A program made the position numbers and the translations under genes. DNA of 64,000 nucleotides from Candidatus Micrarchaeia archaeon. GTDB lineage: Archaea > Micrarchaeota > Micrarchaeia > Anstonellales > J096. Location of the stretch: contig JBGQMY010000001.1 in the NCBI GenBank assembly GCA_041500865.1, positions 18,834-82,833 on the forward strand. The letters are read 5' to 3'. The notes below the pieces were generated by a model. That model was given only the letters and a program-made list of their open reading frames with translations. It did not search any database and was not told where the DNA came from. Positions 38,107-48,579 of this stretch are shown here, piece after piece (position 1 is the first letter of the stretch; every line of letters begins with the position of its first letter).

Positions 38107-40899
38107 ATGCCTGGATTCAAGGACTTGGGCAACGCAACCTGGCTCATGGAAAAGGAAGGAATCATGCGGGTTCCTGCAGTCATAATCGGCACAAAGGCCT
38201 TGGTTGACGCCATGAGCAAGGACAGGACAATCGGCCAGCTCAGGAACATGGCATCATTGCCAGGAATAGTCAAGAACGCAGTGCTTATGCCAGACGGCCA
38301 CGAGGGCTACGGCTTCCCGATAGGCGGGGTTGCGGCTTTTGACAGCGAAGAAGGCATCGTTTCACCGGGCGGAATCGGATATGACATAAATTGTTTGCTT
38401 CCAAAAACGAGAATAACGAACGCGTATGGATATTATCGGAATATTGAAAACTATCAGTCTTACTTTTCAAAAAAATATGAAAAGAACGGGGTTTTATTGT
38501 TTGATGGAATGACAAGGATAAGTAGCGGAAGGAAATACGGAAATGCAACACATTACATGCACAAGAGATATTCCGGAAAAATCTATGAGATAACTGCCAT
38601 GGCCGGGAAGATAAAAGCTACGCCAGACCATCCCTTTATCACAAAAAAAGGGAAAATGCTGCCTGGGCATTTGAAAAGGAATGACTTCATACTATCCTAT
38701 CCTTTTGAAGGCATCCGCTATAGAAGATATTGCAAAAATGAGGATGAACTGGCGATTTACGCCAAACTTATAGGATATGCCACTGGAGACGGCAGCATAA
38801 CATCAGGTAATGGCAAGAGAAGTGTCCGGTTCTATAGCAAATACAAGAATGACCTTGAAGATATATTAAGAGATATAGAAAAGCTGGGGTATAATGGAAG
38901 TATATTTGAAAGGACCAGAAAGCATGATATAAATGGAAAAAAATTTACATCAACATCATTTGAGCTTGTGGTATATGCTAAGAAATTTGCCGAAAAAATG
39001 CTGGAATTTGGCTGTATAGAGGGACTCAAAACAGAAAAGGATGTTAGGGTGCCCAAATGGATAATGAAAGCGCCGTTGTGGATAAAACGATTGTATCTTG
39101 CCGCATTTTTTGGCGCGGAGATGTCTTCGCCAAAAACGTCAAGCAAAACCGGATTTTATATGCCGCAGATCAGCCAAAATAAGATAAAGTCCAAGGAAGG
39201 GAGCCTCAGGCAATTTTTTAGCGATATTTCAGAGATGCTGGATGAATTTGGGGTCAAAACAAACAAGGTAAGCTTTGTCGAAAAGATAAAATCAAAAATC
39301 AGATTGAGGATTATTCTTGGCGGAAGCGAAAATGACATAGAAAGACTTTATTCAACCATAGGCTTTGAATATAATGAGGAAAGGATGTTCAAGGCGCTTG
39401 CGGCCATTCTTTATATACGGATGAAAAGGCTGCATCGGCAAAAAAGGGAAGAAACAAGGAAAATGGCGCAAAAATACAGGAAAGCCGGAATTGGTCTGAA
39501 AAATGTCCAGAAAAAACTTGTTTCAAAATGGGCAAATTCCAGATTCATAGAAAGGGCATATTATGAAAACGTTTCTCCAAGAGCGCCATTGGATATCCAA
39601 AGCTTTAATGAATTTGAAAATCACCAGAAAAAGATATACAAAAAATATGGCGCACTTGAAGATATAGTGTTGGACATCAAAACAAGCGAGTATTCTGGAA
39701 AAGTATATGACTTCAGTGTTGAGAAGATGCATAAATTTGTAGCTAATGGCATATTGGTATCAAACTGCGGCGTCCGCCTGCTCAAGACCGGGCTGGAAAA
39801 GGGCGAGGTTGAAGAAAAGAGGCGCGACATAATAGAGTCAATATTCCACGAGGTGCCAAGCGGCGTAGGCAGTGAAAGCGACAACAGGATGACGGTTGAA
39901 TCGCTGGACAGCATCGCGGAGCTTGGGATGGACTGGGCAATTGACAACGGCTATGCAGAAAAATCCGAAAAAGGGAGGATAGAGGAATACGGCAGGATGG
40001 AAGGCGCAGAGCCGTCAAAGACGTCTGCGACTGCAAAGGCAAGGGGAAGGCGGCAGGTGGGAACGCTTGGCGCAGGCAACCATTTCCTTGAAATCCAATA
40101 CGTTGAAAAAATCCTGTATCCGGAGATTGCAAAGAAATTCGGGCTTCATGAAAATCAGGTGGTCATGATGATCCACACGGGCTCAAGGGGATATGGCCAC
40201 CAGATAGCGTCAGATTACATAAACGCGATAATGAGGGAAGGCCTGCCAAAAGGCATCCCCGACCCGGAGCTTGCATACGCAAAACTGGGAAGCAAGGTTG
40301 CGGACGATTACCTTTCGGCAATGAAGTGCGCGGTCAATTTCGCGTTCGTGAACAGGCAGATGATAACGCACAACGTGAGGAATGCGTTCAACAAGGTATT
40401 CGGCAACGTTGAGCTGGAGCTGCTTTACGACGTGGCGCACAATATAGGGAAATACGAGAAGCACAGCGTTGACGGGAAAAACAGGGAGCTGTTCATACAC
40501 AGGAAAGGCGCTACAAGGGCGTTCCCGGCAGGCAGGGAAGAGCTCCCTTCAATATACAGGGAAACCGGCCAGCCTGTCATAATCCCAGGCTCAATGGGCA
40601 CCGCAAGCTACGTGCTGGTCGGCGAGCAGAAAGGGCTGGACGTAAGCTTTGGCTCAACGTGCCATGGCGCAGGAAGGGCGCTGAGCAGGCATGCGGCGAT
40701 ACGGGAGTTCAAGAGCGACAATATAATAAAGCAGCTTGCGAAAAACGACATCTATTTCAGGTCGGATTCCAAAACCGCGGCATCGGAGGAGGCGCCTGGC
40801 GCGTACAAGGACATTGACGAGATAGTAAAATCGGTGGAATTGGCAGGCATAAGCAGGATTGTCGCAAGGCTGAGGCCGATTGGCGTTGTGAAAGGCTAA
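38107..40899 (+). CDS. rtcB: RNA-splicing ligase RtcB interrupted by a 458-aa intein (extein 472 aa)
   Basis: N-extein ...SPGGIGYDIN. C-extein CGVRLL...NHFLEIQYV...HTGSRGYGHQIA...CHGAGR contains the RtcB metal-binding motifs. Confidence 0.9.
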   Translation: MPGFKDLGNATWLMEKEGIMRVPAVIIGTKALVDAMSKDRTIGQLRNMASLPGIVKNAVLMPDGHEGYGFPIGGVAAFDSEEGIVSPGGIGYDINCLLPKTRITNAYGYYRNIENYQSYFSKKYEKNGVLLFDGMTRISSGRKYGNATHYMHKRYSGKIYEITAMAGKIKATPDHPFITKKGKMLPGHLKRNDFILSYPFEGIRYRRYCKNEDELAIYAKLIGYATGDGSITSGNGKRSVRFYSKYKNDLEDILRDIEKLGYNGSIFERTRKHDINGKKFTSTSFELVVYAKKFAEKMLEFGCIEGLKTEKDVRVPKWIMKAPLWIKRLYLAAFFGAEMSSPKTSSKTGFYMPQISQNKIKSKEGSLRQFFSDISEMLDEFGVKTNKVSFVEKIKSKIRLRIILGGSENDIERLYSTIGFEYNEERMFKALAAILYIRMKRLHRQKREETRKMAQKYRKAGIGLKNVQKKLVSKWANSRFIERAYYENVSPRAPLDIQSFNEFENHQKKIYKKYGALEDIVLDIKTSEYSGKVYDFSVEKMHKFVANGILVSNCGVRLLKTGLEKGEVEEKRRDIIESIFHEVPSGVGSESDNRMTVESLDSIAELGMDWAIDNGYAEKSEKGRIEEYGRMEGAEPSKTSATAKARGRRQVGTLGAGNHFLEIQYVEKILYPEIAKKFGLHENQVVMMIHTGSRGYGHQIASDYINAIMREGLPKGIPDPELAYAKLGSKVADDYLSAMKCAVNFAFVNRQMITHNVRNAFNKVFGNVELELLYDVAHNIGKYEKHSVDGKNRELFIHRKGATRAFPAGREELPSIYRETGQPVIIPGSMGTASYVLVGEQKGLDVSFGSTCHGAGRALSRHAAIREFKSDNIIKQLAKNDIYFRSDSKTAASEEAPGAYKDIDEIVKSVELAGISRIVARLRPIGVVKG
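38392..39765 (+). mobile_element. intein with a LAGLIDADG homing-endonuclease domain inserted in RtcB
   Basis: Begins with Cys, ends in SN, followed by extein Cys. Two LAGLIDADG blocks (LIGYATGDGS and LYLAAFFGAE). The insert is about 33% GC against about 55% in the exteins. Confidence 0.85.
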
Positions 40900-40902
40900 A
40901 AA

Positions 40903-43900
40903 TCAAAACGTTAGTTTGAAATACACGCTTACACCCCAGTTGTTGGGATTGAGCCTCTGCCTGGACATGTAGTTCCATGACCAGATGTCAGTACTGTAAT
41001 ACGGCAGCGGGCCTGTGCCCCCTGCAACGCCTATGCCCCATTCGTTCGGCAGCCTCGTGTGGGTGTATTCCGCCCCAAGGCCTATATAATCCCTGGCATC
41101 CATGTACCTTCCATAAGTCAGGTGGAACTGGAGCTTGCCTCCGACCTGGTTGACGTCAACCCAGGCGCGGTCCAGCCCGGCCGTCACCGACCAGTCCTTT
41201 TCCGTCTGAAAGGTGTCAGGCGCGATTATCAGCTTATGACGTTTCCTGTCAGCAAACACATACCATGCAGTTGCTGCATGCTCTACAAGCGTGGGCGCCT
41301 CTACAGTCGTCCCGGTTATTATTACTTGCCACTCGTTCAGCTCCGCGTCGTTCATCCTCTTGGTTCCTCCGACTAGCCCCAGTATGATGTCGGACTTTGC
41401 GGTCCTGCTCTGGTCGTCATTCTGCCTCAGGAATTTCCAAAGCAGCTGCCCGCTGCCGCCCCTTGTCGCAACAGCGGTTCCGGACACGTTCTGGTCGACC
41501 ATGAGCGTAGGCCCGCCCAGAACCCTGAACCGGTCCTTCAGGCCGCCGCCCAGGAACAGGTCCGGGTAGAACTCGCCCTGCGTGCCCCTCAGCGTTGAGG
41601 TGATGCCCTCAAGCCAGCCTTTGACATTCTGGTTTGCGTCGCTGAAGAATAAATATCCTCTCATGCTCGCGCTCCTTGCCTCAAGGTCCGTTGCCCCGAC
41701 AAGGTAGAACTTGCCGTCAACCCCCATGCCAAGCGCGTAGTTCTGCACATCCTTGGACTTGAGCTGGTCAGCGACTTCCTGGATTGCTGCTTTGTATATT
41801 ATCGCAGCTTCTTGGGGATTTAGCGTCGCCTGCTCTTCTGCATTCGTGATGGTCTGGTTTATGCCGTTCATCCATTGCGGCACCTTCTCGCCTGCGGCGA
41901 GCATGTTGAACCTGTGGGCCCAGACAATCAGGGTCGCCATCCCGTATCCCTGCTGCTCAAGGTCGCCCATCTGGTCCCTGACCATTGAATACATGTAGGT
42001 TCCGGAAACGAACGCCCCTGTGTTTTGCGCGTCGTTCCTCTTCCAGCCATAGACGTTGGTGAGGAAATTGGACATGTTTGACTGCAGCCCAAGCAGCTGC
42101 GTCTCGTCTATTCCGCTGTAAACGAGCGTTCCGCCAAGGCCGCTGAGGCCGGCCATTTTCTCTGTCTTTACCTGCAGGCCGCCCACATTGCTTCCTCCCA
42201 ATACCGCTATTACTGCAGCGGACTTTGAGATCTCAGCAGGCACATACCTGTACTTTAGCTCAATGTTGAAGTTGTATTGCTCATTCCCTATGGAGGTTCT
42301 CCTGTACGTGCCGATTACCGCGTCGTCCTTGTTGAACACGTTTGACTTGGACAGGCTTGCCGCCTGCTCGTTGGCCACCGTGCTCAGGCTGTTCCCGTTC
42401 CTAAGGACTATCTGGTTCCATAGGCCTGAGGCTGCGACAGTCCCTGCAGTGAAGCCCACAGCGGCACCGTTGAATGGCGCGTCCTTGTCCGGTATGTACG
42501 TTTTCAGGCTCGCAAGCACGTTGGTTGCGTTCGCCTCGCCGAACTGGTAGTTCATCAGCTTGTCCCTTGTGTCGGTGCCCATCCTGACCTCGTAGGCATC
42601 GCCGCCCTTTGTGACCCAGTACCAGCCCTCCTTTGTCCTTGAGTCCTTGTCATACGGGGAAAGCCCCCAGTTGCCCGTGAAATACGTAAGCATGTCCCCT
42701 TTGTCCTTTGCGACAGGGGCGAAAAGCCTGGCTGCCTCGGTTGCCATGTTCCTTTCCTCATAGGTTCCGGCTGCCGTTGCCGTGTTGACGTTGAAGCCCA
42801 TGTTGACCTTGCTGGCGTCAATGTCATGTGTCATGATGAAATTGTCGCCGGTCTTGCCGCCAGTCACTTCCGTTGTCACTCCGCCGCCGGCGCCGGTCTT
42901 TGCCACGCCCCTTGCGCCGACCTCGACGTACCTGTTCGCGGCCCCGAACCCGCCCTCCATGGAGCCGCCTATCCAGTCATTGTAATACTGTTCGTTGCCG
43001 TACCTTTTCGCGAATATCTTGTTCAGTTCCGTTATCAACGTATTGACATGCGCCCTCTCTATCCGGGCCATCTGCGGTACAGGCGGCCTGAAGTTGTTTC
43101 CTGGCGGGTTTAGCTCCGCATTGAGCCTGTTGTATATGTCAAAGGCGCCTTGCATCAGCAAAGGCATGGACCAGGAGAAGTAGCCGTTGTGGTAGTTCGC
43201 CTGGTTCGGCATGAGGCTCAGCGTCCTGTACTGCATAGGCACGTTGAGCATCGGGAAATAACTCCCCATCTTCGTCATCTCAGACTGTTTCACGTCATAA
43301 TAATACGGGCTCTCGTACGTCCTTGTCTTGTTCCAGATGTCATAGAAGAGGTCCTTGTGCGTGACGTTCGCCACCGGTATTCTTGGAAGGTCAGCGGAGA
43401 TGGCTCTGAACCTCGAAAGCATGTTCTCCCTTTCTGTCATGTTGAAGACATTTTTGCTGAGCCTGGTCTGCAGTTGGGCGCCGAATGTCGCGAAAAACAG
43501 CTGCACGTCGGTGTCTGCATTGGACAGCTGGGCAAACGCCGGAACGACGTAATGCAGGTATCCTGCAATTAGGTACGGGTCCCTGGTTGAAAGCGTCATT
43601 ATGTTCTCCATGAGCCCAGCATATGTCTTGGTGTCCGTTAGGCCCTTTGCCTCCAGGGCGTCGAGCGCGCCTCCAAGGAGCTTTACGTCCATGAGCGTCA
43701 TTATTGAGAATGCCTTGTCAATCGCCAATGCCTTTGACGAAAGCGAGTCCTCTGTCATGCCGCCTGTGCCCTGGTAGTAATTCATTACCTTGGACTTCAG
43801 GGCCTGGAACCTGCTCTTGTCGGATGAAAGCGCGTCGTAGTTCTGCGATATCCACTTGCCGAGCTGGACGGGATTAGATATTCCAAGCGCATCGCCGAGC

Positions 43901-45060
43901 GTTTGGAAGTCTATCCACTTTCCCATTGTCCTGTAGCTTCCATTGAAGACTGCATTGTAGTCGTTGAGCGCGTCATTGAACGTGCTCTTTTGCGCGGTGG
44001 ACGCGCTGAGCGACATGAGCACCTCGCCCTTCAGTGGGTCTATCTTCCTAAGGGCGTCCACCGCGCCAGCAGATTTTTGGCGGCCGTAGAAGTCCGGCCT
44101 GAACAGGTATTTCCATTCATCGAAAATGCCTGCTTTGTCCAGATAGTATTTTATCATGCCAAGGTACAGCTTGTTTGCATCCGAAGACATCTTCATGCCC
44201 GAATAGATGTTGTAGGACCTGTCGAAGTTTGCCTTGTATTTCTCGTCCGTGGTGGAGACATATAGCGTGAAATTCTTCATCATGTTGGAAATGTCGTTTA
44301 TCTTGTCCTGGTTCAGCATCCCTGTGTAAAACGAGACCATGGACGTCTTCGTGTCATTGTAGTTTTTTTCTCCGGATTCGTAGGCCTTTCTCATGCCGTC
44401 TATCGCCGTTTCGGCGCTGGCCGCATAATTGAATATCATTGCCGATAGGTCCTTGTCGCCCATGGACTCAACTTTCTTGGAGTACGCCTGCAGGTCGACA
44501 AGTATGTCGTGTATCTTTGCCACTGTGTTCTTGACCCTGGTTGTGTCGGCAGGAGTCGTGCCTTCCTTCGGGAAAAGCTTCTGCGCCGCTTTTTTTGCCA
44601 CCACCTCGGAGGACATGACGTTCGCGAAATCGGGGCCGTATTTTTCCCTTACGGCGTCTGGATTGGAGACGACGCTGTCCCTTGCATACTGGATGGCGTC
44701 AAGGAAGTCTGCCCTTGAGAACCTGCCTGCCTTCTTCACGTACGCTTCCCTGAGCTCAGAATAGACATTCGGCTGGGAGGGCTTGGCCAGCTCCGACGGG
44801 CCGTACTTGTCGGCAAAGGACTTTATCGCCTTGTCCGCCTTTGCCTTGTTTTCGGCGCCGCCTTTCATGACGAAAGATTCAAAGGCCTTGAAGACTGCTT
44901 CCCTGTCCTTCTCAATGCCCTTTTCCACTGCAACAGCGTTCTTGGATGTATCGCCCATGTTTTCACCGGCCGTTTTGAACTTCGCATAGGCCGGCCCTAA
45001 TGCCAGCCCTGCAACAATGCTACTGTATATGATAGCTTTTTTAAAGTCAATGTGAGCCAT
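40903..45060 (-). CDS. large secreted or surface protein, 1385 aa, with a beta-rich C-terminus ending in aromatic residues
   Basis: Signal peptide MAHIDFKKAIIYSSIVAGLALGPAYA. No catalytic motifs recognised. The C-terminal 120 aa are rich in G/Y/W with alternating hydrophobic residues, ending VSVYFKLTF. Confidence 0.55.
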   Translation of the reverse strand: MAHIDFKKAIIYSSIVAGLALGPAYAKFKTAGENMGDTSKNAVAVEKGIEKDREAVFKAFESFVMKGGAENKAKADKAIKSFADKYGPSELAKPSQPNVYSELREAYVKKAGRFSRADFLDAIQYARDSVVSNPDAVREKYGPDFANVMSSEVVAKKAAQKLFPKEGTTPADTTRVKNTVAKIHDILVDLQAYSKKVESMGDKDLSAMIFNYAASAETAIDGMRKAYESGEKNYNDTKTSMVSFYTGMLNQDKINDISNMMKNFTLYVSTTDEKYKANFDRSYNIYSGMKMSSDANKLYLGMIKYYLDKAGIFDEWKYLFRPDFYGRQKSAGAVDALRKIDPLKGEVLMSLSASTAQKSTFNDALNDYNAVFNGSYRTMGKWIDFQTLGDALGISNPVQLGKWISQNYDALSSDKSRFQALKSKVMNYYQGTGGMTEDSLSSKALAIDKAFSIMTLMDVKLLGGALDALEAKGLTDTKTYAGLMENIMTLSTRDPYLIAGYLHYVVPAFAQLSNADTDVQLFFATFGAQLQTRLSKNVFNMTERENMLSRFRAISADLPRIPVANVTHKDLFYDIWNKTRTYESPYYYDVKQSEMTKMGSYFPMLNVPMQYRTLSLMPNQANYHNGYFSWSMPLLMQGAFDIYNRLNAELNPPGNNFRPPVPQMARIERAHVNTLITELNKIFAKRYGNEQYYNDWIGGSMEGGFGAANRYVEVGARGVAKTGAGGGVTTEVTGGKTGDNFIMTHDIDASKVNMGFNVNTATAAGTYEERNMATEAARLFAPVAKDKGDMLTYFTGNWGLSPYDKDSRTKEGWYWVTKGGDAYEVRMGTDTRDKLMNYQFGEANATNVLASLKTYIPDKDAPFNGAAVGFTAGTVAASGLWNQIVLRNGNSLSTVANEQAASLSKSNVFNKDDAVIGTYRRTSIGNEQYNFNIELKYRYVPAEISKSAAVIAVLGGSNVGGLQVKTEKMAGLSGLGGTLVYSGIDETQLLGLQSNMSNFLTNVYGWKRNDAQNTGAFVSGTYMYSMVRDQMGDLEQQGYGMATLIVWAHRFNMLAAGEKVPQWMNGINQTITNAEEQATLNPQEAAIIYKAAIQEVADQLKSKDVQNYALGMGVDGKFYLVGATDLEARSASMRGYLFFSDANQNVKGWLEGITSTLRGTQGEFYPDLFLGGGLKDRFRVLGGPTLMVDQNVSGTAVATRGGSGQLLWKFLRQNDDQSRTAKSDIILGLVGGTKRMNDAELNEWQVIITGTTVEAPTLVEHAATAWYVFADRKRHKLIIAPDTFQTEKDWSVTAGLDRAWVDVNQVGGKLQFHLTYGRYMDARDYIGLGAEYTHTRLPNEWGIGVAGGTGPLPYYSTDIWSWNYMSRQRLNPNNWGVSVYFKLTF

Positions 45061-45182
45061 AAATAATAGAATATAGATATAATAAGGTTTTTAAATAGTG
45101 TCTCAACGTGGATAAATGTATCAAACAGAAACATGAATAGTGGCAACAAAAGTTTAAAATGTTATATGCTGGAATGGTGCTT

Positions 45183-46622
45183 ATGGGCAAATACGAGACA
45201 ATACTCAACTTCTGCTTCAAGAAGGGCTATTTTTACCCGAGCAACGAAATTTACGAGAACATCGCGGGATTCTATGATTACGGCCCGATAGGTGCGAGAA
45301 TAAAGCGGAAGATAGTCGACATCTGGAGGAATGTGTTCATAGACAGGCCAGGATTCCATGAGGTCGAGTCCACCATAATAGGCCCCGAAATAATGTACAA
45401 GGCCTCAGGCCACGTTGACGAGTTCACTGACCCGGCAGCCGAGTGCCTCAACTGCCACTCAATAATAAGGGTGGACAAGCTTATAGAAGAAAAGCTCGGC
45501 ATCCCATGGGACGGCAAGATGGAGACGCTGGAAAGCATACACAACCAGCACAAGCTCAAGTGCCCCGTATGCGGCGGAGAGATAGGCAAGTTCAGGAAAG
45601 TCAATTTGATGTTCAGCACGACCATAGGGTATGGCGGAACTGCGGCGTACCTTAGGCCTGAAACCGCGCAGGGCATTTACACCTCTGCAATAAGGAACGC
45701 CAAGACGCTTGGCCTGAAGTTGCCTTTCGGCATAGGGCAGATGGGAAAAGTTTTCAGGAACGAGATAAGCCCGAGGCAGGGCCTTTTGAGGCTGAGGGAG
45801 TTCTCGCAGCTTGAGCTTGAGTATTTCGTTGACCCGAGCAACTTCAGCTGCAGCATTTACGACAGGTACAAGGATATGGCGATTCCGTTCATGGCTCAGG
45901 ACGGCAAGACCGTGAAGAATGTGAAGATAGGCAAACTGCTTGACGACAAAAAGATAAACAAGCCTTTCGGCTCTCTGCTCGGCATGGACATGGAAATGCT
46001 CACAAGGGCTGGCGTAGACATGTCAAAGGTCCGGTTCAGGCATTTGAGGGACGATGAGAAGGCGCACTACTCAAAGATAAGCGTTGACGTTGAGATTGAG
46101 ACGTCTGCGGGCATCCTTGAGGTCATAAGCAACGCGCACAGGGCTGATTACGACCTCGGAAGGCACCAGCAGTTCTCTGGAAAGAATTTAACGCTTCAGA
46201 CGGAAAAGGGAAACATAGTGCCGAACTGCGTTGAATCGTCTATAGGGCTTGACAGGCTGTTCTACTGCATAATAGACCACAGCTACAAGGAGGCGTCCAA
46301 GGAAAGGGAGAATGAGTGGCTCAGCATAAGCAAGGAGATAGCCCCTTACAGCGTTGCCGTGTTCCCGCTTGAAAGGAGGGACGGCCTTGACGCCAAGGCA
46401 AAGGAGGCCATGGACATGCTGACATCCAACGGCCTTTCGGTGTTCTACAGCGAGACAGGGAGCATCGGCAGGAGGTATGCCCGCGCGGATGAGATAGGGA
46501 TTCCGCTTTCCATCACTGTTGACTATGAGATGCTTGATTCCGGAACTATAACGCTCAGGGACAGGGAAACCATGAAGCAGGAAAGGATAAAGGTTTCGGA
46601 TGCGCTGAAGAGGATATCATGA
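45183..46622 (+). CDS. glyS: glycyl-tRNA synthetase, alpha2 (archaeal/eukaryotic) type
   Basis: AGFYDYGPIG motif 1 region and class II motifs. A TATA-like box at about 45148..45156 supports the MGKYE start. Confidence 0.9.
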   Translation: MGKYETILNFCFKKGYFYPSNEIYENIAGFYDYGPIGARIKRKIVDIWRNVFIDRPGFHEVESTIIGPEIMYKASGHVDEFTDPAAECLNCHSIIRVDKLIEEKLGIPWDGKMETLESIHNQHKLKCPVCGGEIGKFRKVNLMFSTTIGYGGTAAYLRPETAQGIYTSAIRNAKTLGLKLPFGIGQMGKVFRNEISPRQGLLRLREFSQLELEYFVDPSNFSCSIYDRYKDMAIPFMAQDGKTVKNVKIGKLLDDKKINKPFGSLLGMDMEMLTRAGVDMSKVRFRHLRDDEKAHYSKISVDVEIETSAGILEVISNAHRADYDLGRHQQFSGKNLTLQTEKGNIVPNCVESSIGLDRLFYCIIDHSYKEASKERENEWLSISKEIAPYSVAVFPLERRDGLDAKAKEAMDMLTSNGLSVFYSETGSIGRRYARADEIGIPLSITVDYEMLDSGTITLRDRETMKQERIKVSDALKRIS

Positions 46623-47173
46623 AACTGCTTTTCGCGACGCACAACAAGGGGAAGCTTGCAGAGGCGCGGCAAATCCTTGGCCAGAAGGGGGTTGAGATAG
46701 GGCACCTTGAGGTTGAGTATGGCGAGCCGCGCGGGGAGGACACTTCCGAGATAGCGCGCAAGAGCGCTGAGCAGCTTTATCCGATCGTGAAAAAGCCGCT
46801 TTTCCTTGACGACAGCGGGCTTTTCGTTGATGCGCTGAAGGGATTTCCTGGGCCTTATTCCGCTTTTGTCTATAAAAGAATCGGATATGCCGGCATACTT
46901 AATTTGCTTAGCGGGAATTCCAACAGGAAGGCATATTTCAAGTGCTCAATTGCATATGCTGACGAAGACGGCGTCAAGGTTTTTGACGGGACAGTAAACG
47001 GCGGCATATCAAATGCGCCAAGGGGAGATGACGGATTCGGCTATGACCCTGTTTTCGTGCCTGACGGATTTTCCGAGACGTTTGCTGAGATGGATGACAA
47101 GGAGAAGAACGCGATTTCGCACAGGGGAAAGGCATTGGCCCTGTTCGCGGAATGGGTGGCAAAGAAGGATTAG
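46619..47173 (+). CDS. non-canonical purine NTP pyrophosphatase (Ham1/RdgB/ITPase)
   Basis: FATHNKGK N-terminus, FVPDG, and the SHRG C-terminal motif. ATGA overlap with glyS. Confidence 0.85.
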   Translation: MKLLFATHNKGKLAEARQILGQKGVEIGHLEVEYGEPRGEDTSEIARKSAEQLYPIVKKPLFLDDSGLFVDALKGFPGPYSAFVYKRIGYAGILNLLSGNSNRKAYFKCSIAYADEDGVKVFDGTVNGGISNAPRGDDGFGYDPVFVPDGFSETFAEMDDKEKNAISHRGKALALFAEWVAKKD

Positions 47174-47943
47174 GCGGCGAGGCAATCGCTGAAGGATTTC
47201 ATGAATGGGCTGAATGCTTCATTCCCAACCATTACCTCAAGCAATTTGGACGCAAGGAACTCCATGGGCAAGACATGCCCGCTCAGTATGGCCATGCCCA
47301 ATGGCGTATTGCCTGAATTGCTCCTTATGGCGATATCGGCGCCGTTTTCCATCAGCAGGGCGCAAGTCCTGGTGTCGATGTTGGTTGCGGCATAGTGCAG
47401 TGGCGTCATTCCGGCATAGTCTTTTGAGTTGATGAGCTCTATTACGTTTCCGCCTGCTTTTGCGTATTCTTCTATCAGCAGTTTGCAGATGTCGGTATTT
47501 CCAGACGCTGCGGCACGGTGAAGGGCTGTCTTGCCGGCATTGTCCTTTGCGTTCACGTCCGCTCCCTTTTCAAGCAGTAAAGCGCAGGTCTCGGTATGTC
47601 CGTTCGCTACGGCATACATGAGCGCAGTTGTACCATAATTGCTCTTTGCGTTCACGTCCGCTCCGTTCTTTATCAGCATGGTGCAGGTGTCGGTGTGTCC
47701 GTTCACTGCGGCAAGCATGAGCGCAGTCCAGCCGTCCTTGTCCTTTGCCTCGATGGTTGCGCCTTTCTTGATGAGCCGCTCTATCTCATTGATATTGCTA
47801 TTCTTTGCGGCGCTGATGAGTTCATCATTGAGTTTCTTCTGCGCTTCTTCTGGCACTTTTGGCTTCTCGCTTGGCAAAATATCGGCTTTATGGTTTATTG
47901 GTTTCTTTGTTGTACTCTTTAGGCTCCGCTTCCTTTCCTGCAT
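47170..47943 (-). CDS. ankyrin-repeat protein ending in FMKSFSDCLAA
   Basis: Six ankyrin repeats. The internal start MQERKR is preferred because the upstream extension overlaps the divergent MBL gene and is not protein-like. Confidence 0.75.
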   Translation of the reverse strand: MQERKRSLKSTTKKPINHKADILPSEKPKVPEEAQKKLNDELISAAKNSNINEIERLIKKGATIEAKDKDGWTALMLAAVNGHTDTCTMLIKNGADVNAKSNYGTTALMYAVANGHTETCALLLEKGADVNAKDNAGKTALHRAAASGNTDICKLLIEEYAKAGGNVIELINSKDYAGMTPLHYAATNIDTRTCALLMENGADIAIRSNSGNTPLGMAILSGHVLPMEFLASKLLEVMVGNEAFSPFMKSFSDCLAA

Positions 47944-47994
47944 GCATCCATCGTGCGGCAAAGGGATTAAAATGCTATTGGGCAATGAGATTCC

Positions 47995-48579
47995 ATGGAC
48001 GAAGTCAAGGTTCTTGTTGAAGGCTATGCCAGGAGGATGAAAAACGGCTGGGCGGCAAGCTCCGCAGCTATATTGGTAAGAAGCAGCGGCAAAACGATAA
48101 TCGTTGACCCTGGCTGCAACAGGCAAAGGCTGATGGGCGCGCTGAAAAGGGAAAGGCTCAGGACCGGCGATATTGATTTTGTTTTTCTCACGCACAGCCA
48201 TTTTGACCATTCCATGCTTGCCGGCATATTTGAGAATGCGAAAGTGATTGACTGCGAGGAGATTTTCGACGGCGACATGCAGGTCTCCCATCACGGGGCC
48301 ATACCTGGAACAGGACTGAAAATAATCCAGACGCCGGGCCACACCGACGACCATTGCTCGCTGCTTGCAAACACGGAAAAAGGCGTGTGCGCGATAGCCG
48401 GAGACGTCTTCTGGTGGGAAGAAGGCGAGAGGCAGTCAATTGACATAGGCAAGCCTGACGCCGCGCATCCCAGCGACGTGAAAAAACTTGCAAAAAGCAG
48501 GAAAATGCTGCTGGAAAGGGCGGACTGGGTAATACCGGGCCATGGCGGGCCGTTTAACACAAAGGGACGGCCAGATTGA
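47995..48579 (+). CDS. MBL-fold metallo-hydrolase
   Basis: Metallo-beta-lactamase metal-binding motif LTHSHFDH (HxHxDH) with downstream His and Asp ligands. Confidence 0.75.
   Translation: MDEVKVLVEGYARRMKNGWAASSAAILVRSSGKTIIVDPGCNRQRLMGALKRERLRTGDIDFVFLTHSHFDHSMLAGIFENAKVIDCEEIFDGDMQVSHHGAIPGTGLKIIQTPGHTDDHCSLLANTEKGVCAIAGDVFWWEEGERQSIDIGKPDAAHPSDVKKLAKSRKMLLERADWVIPGHGGPFNTKGRPD

Noticed and set aside
40903-45060. Bacterial, diderm origin of the contig inferred from the OMP-like C-terminus plus the bacterial-type MetK, MnmA, CutA and mevalonate operon
   Set aside because: The Nop5/Nop-domain gene, the LonB-type ATPase, the alpha2-type GlyRS, the RtcB intein and the consistent TATA-like boxes 25-35 nt upstream of starts argue for an archaeon carrying many bacterial acquisitions. 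Assembly chimerism cannot be excluded from sequence alone.
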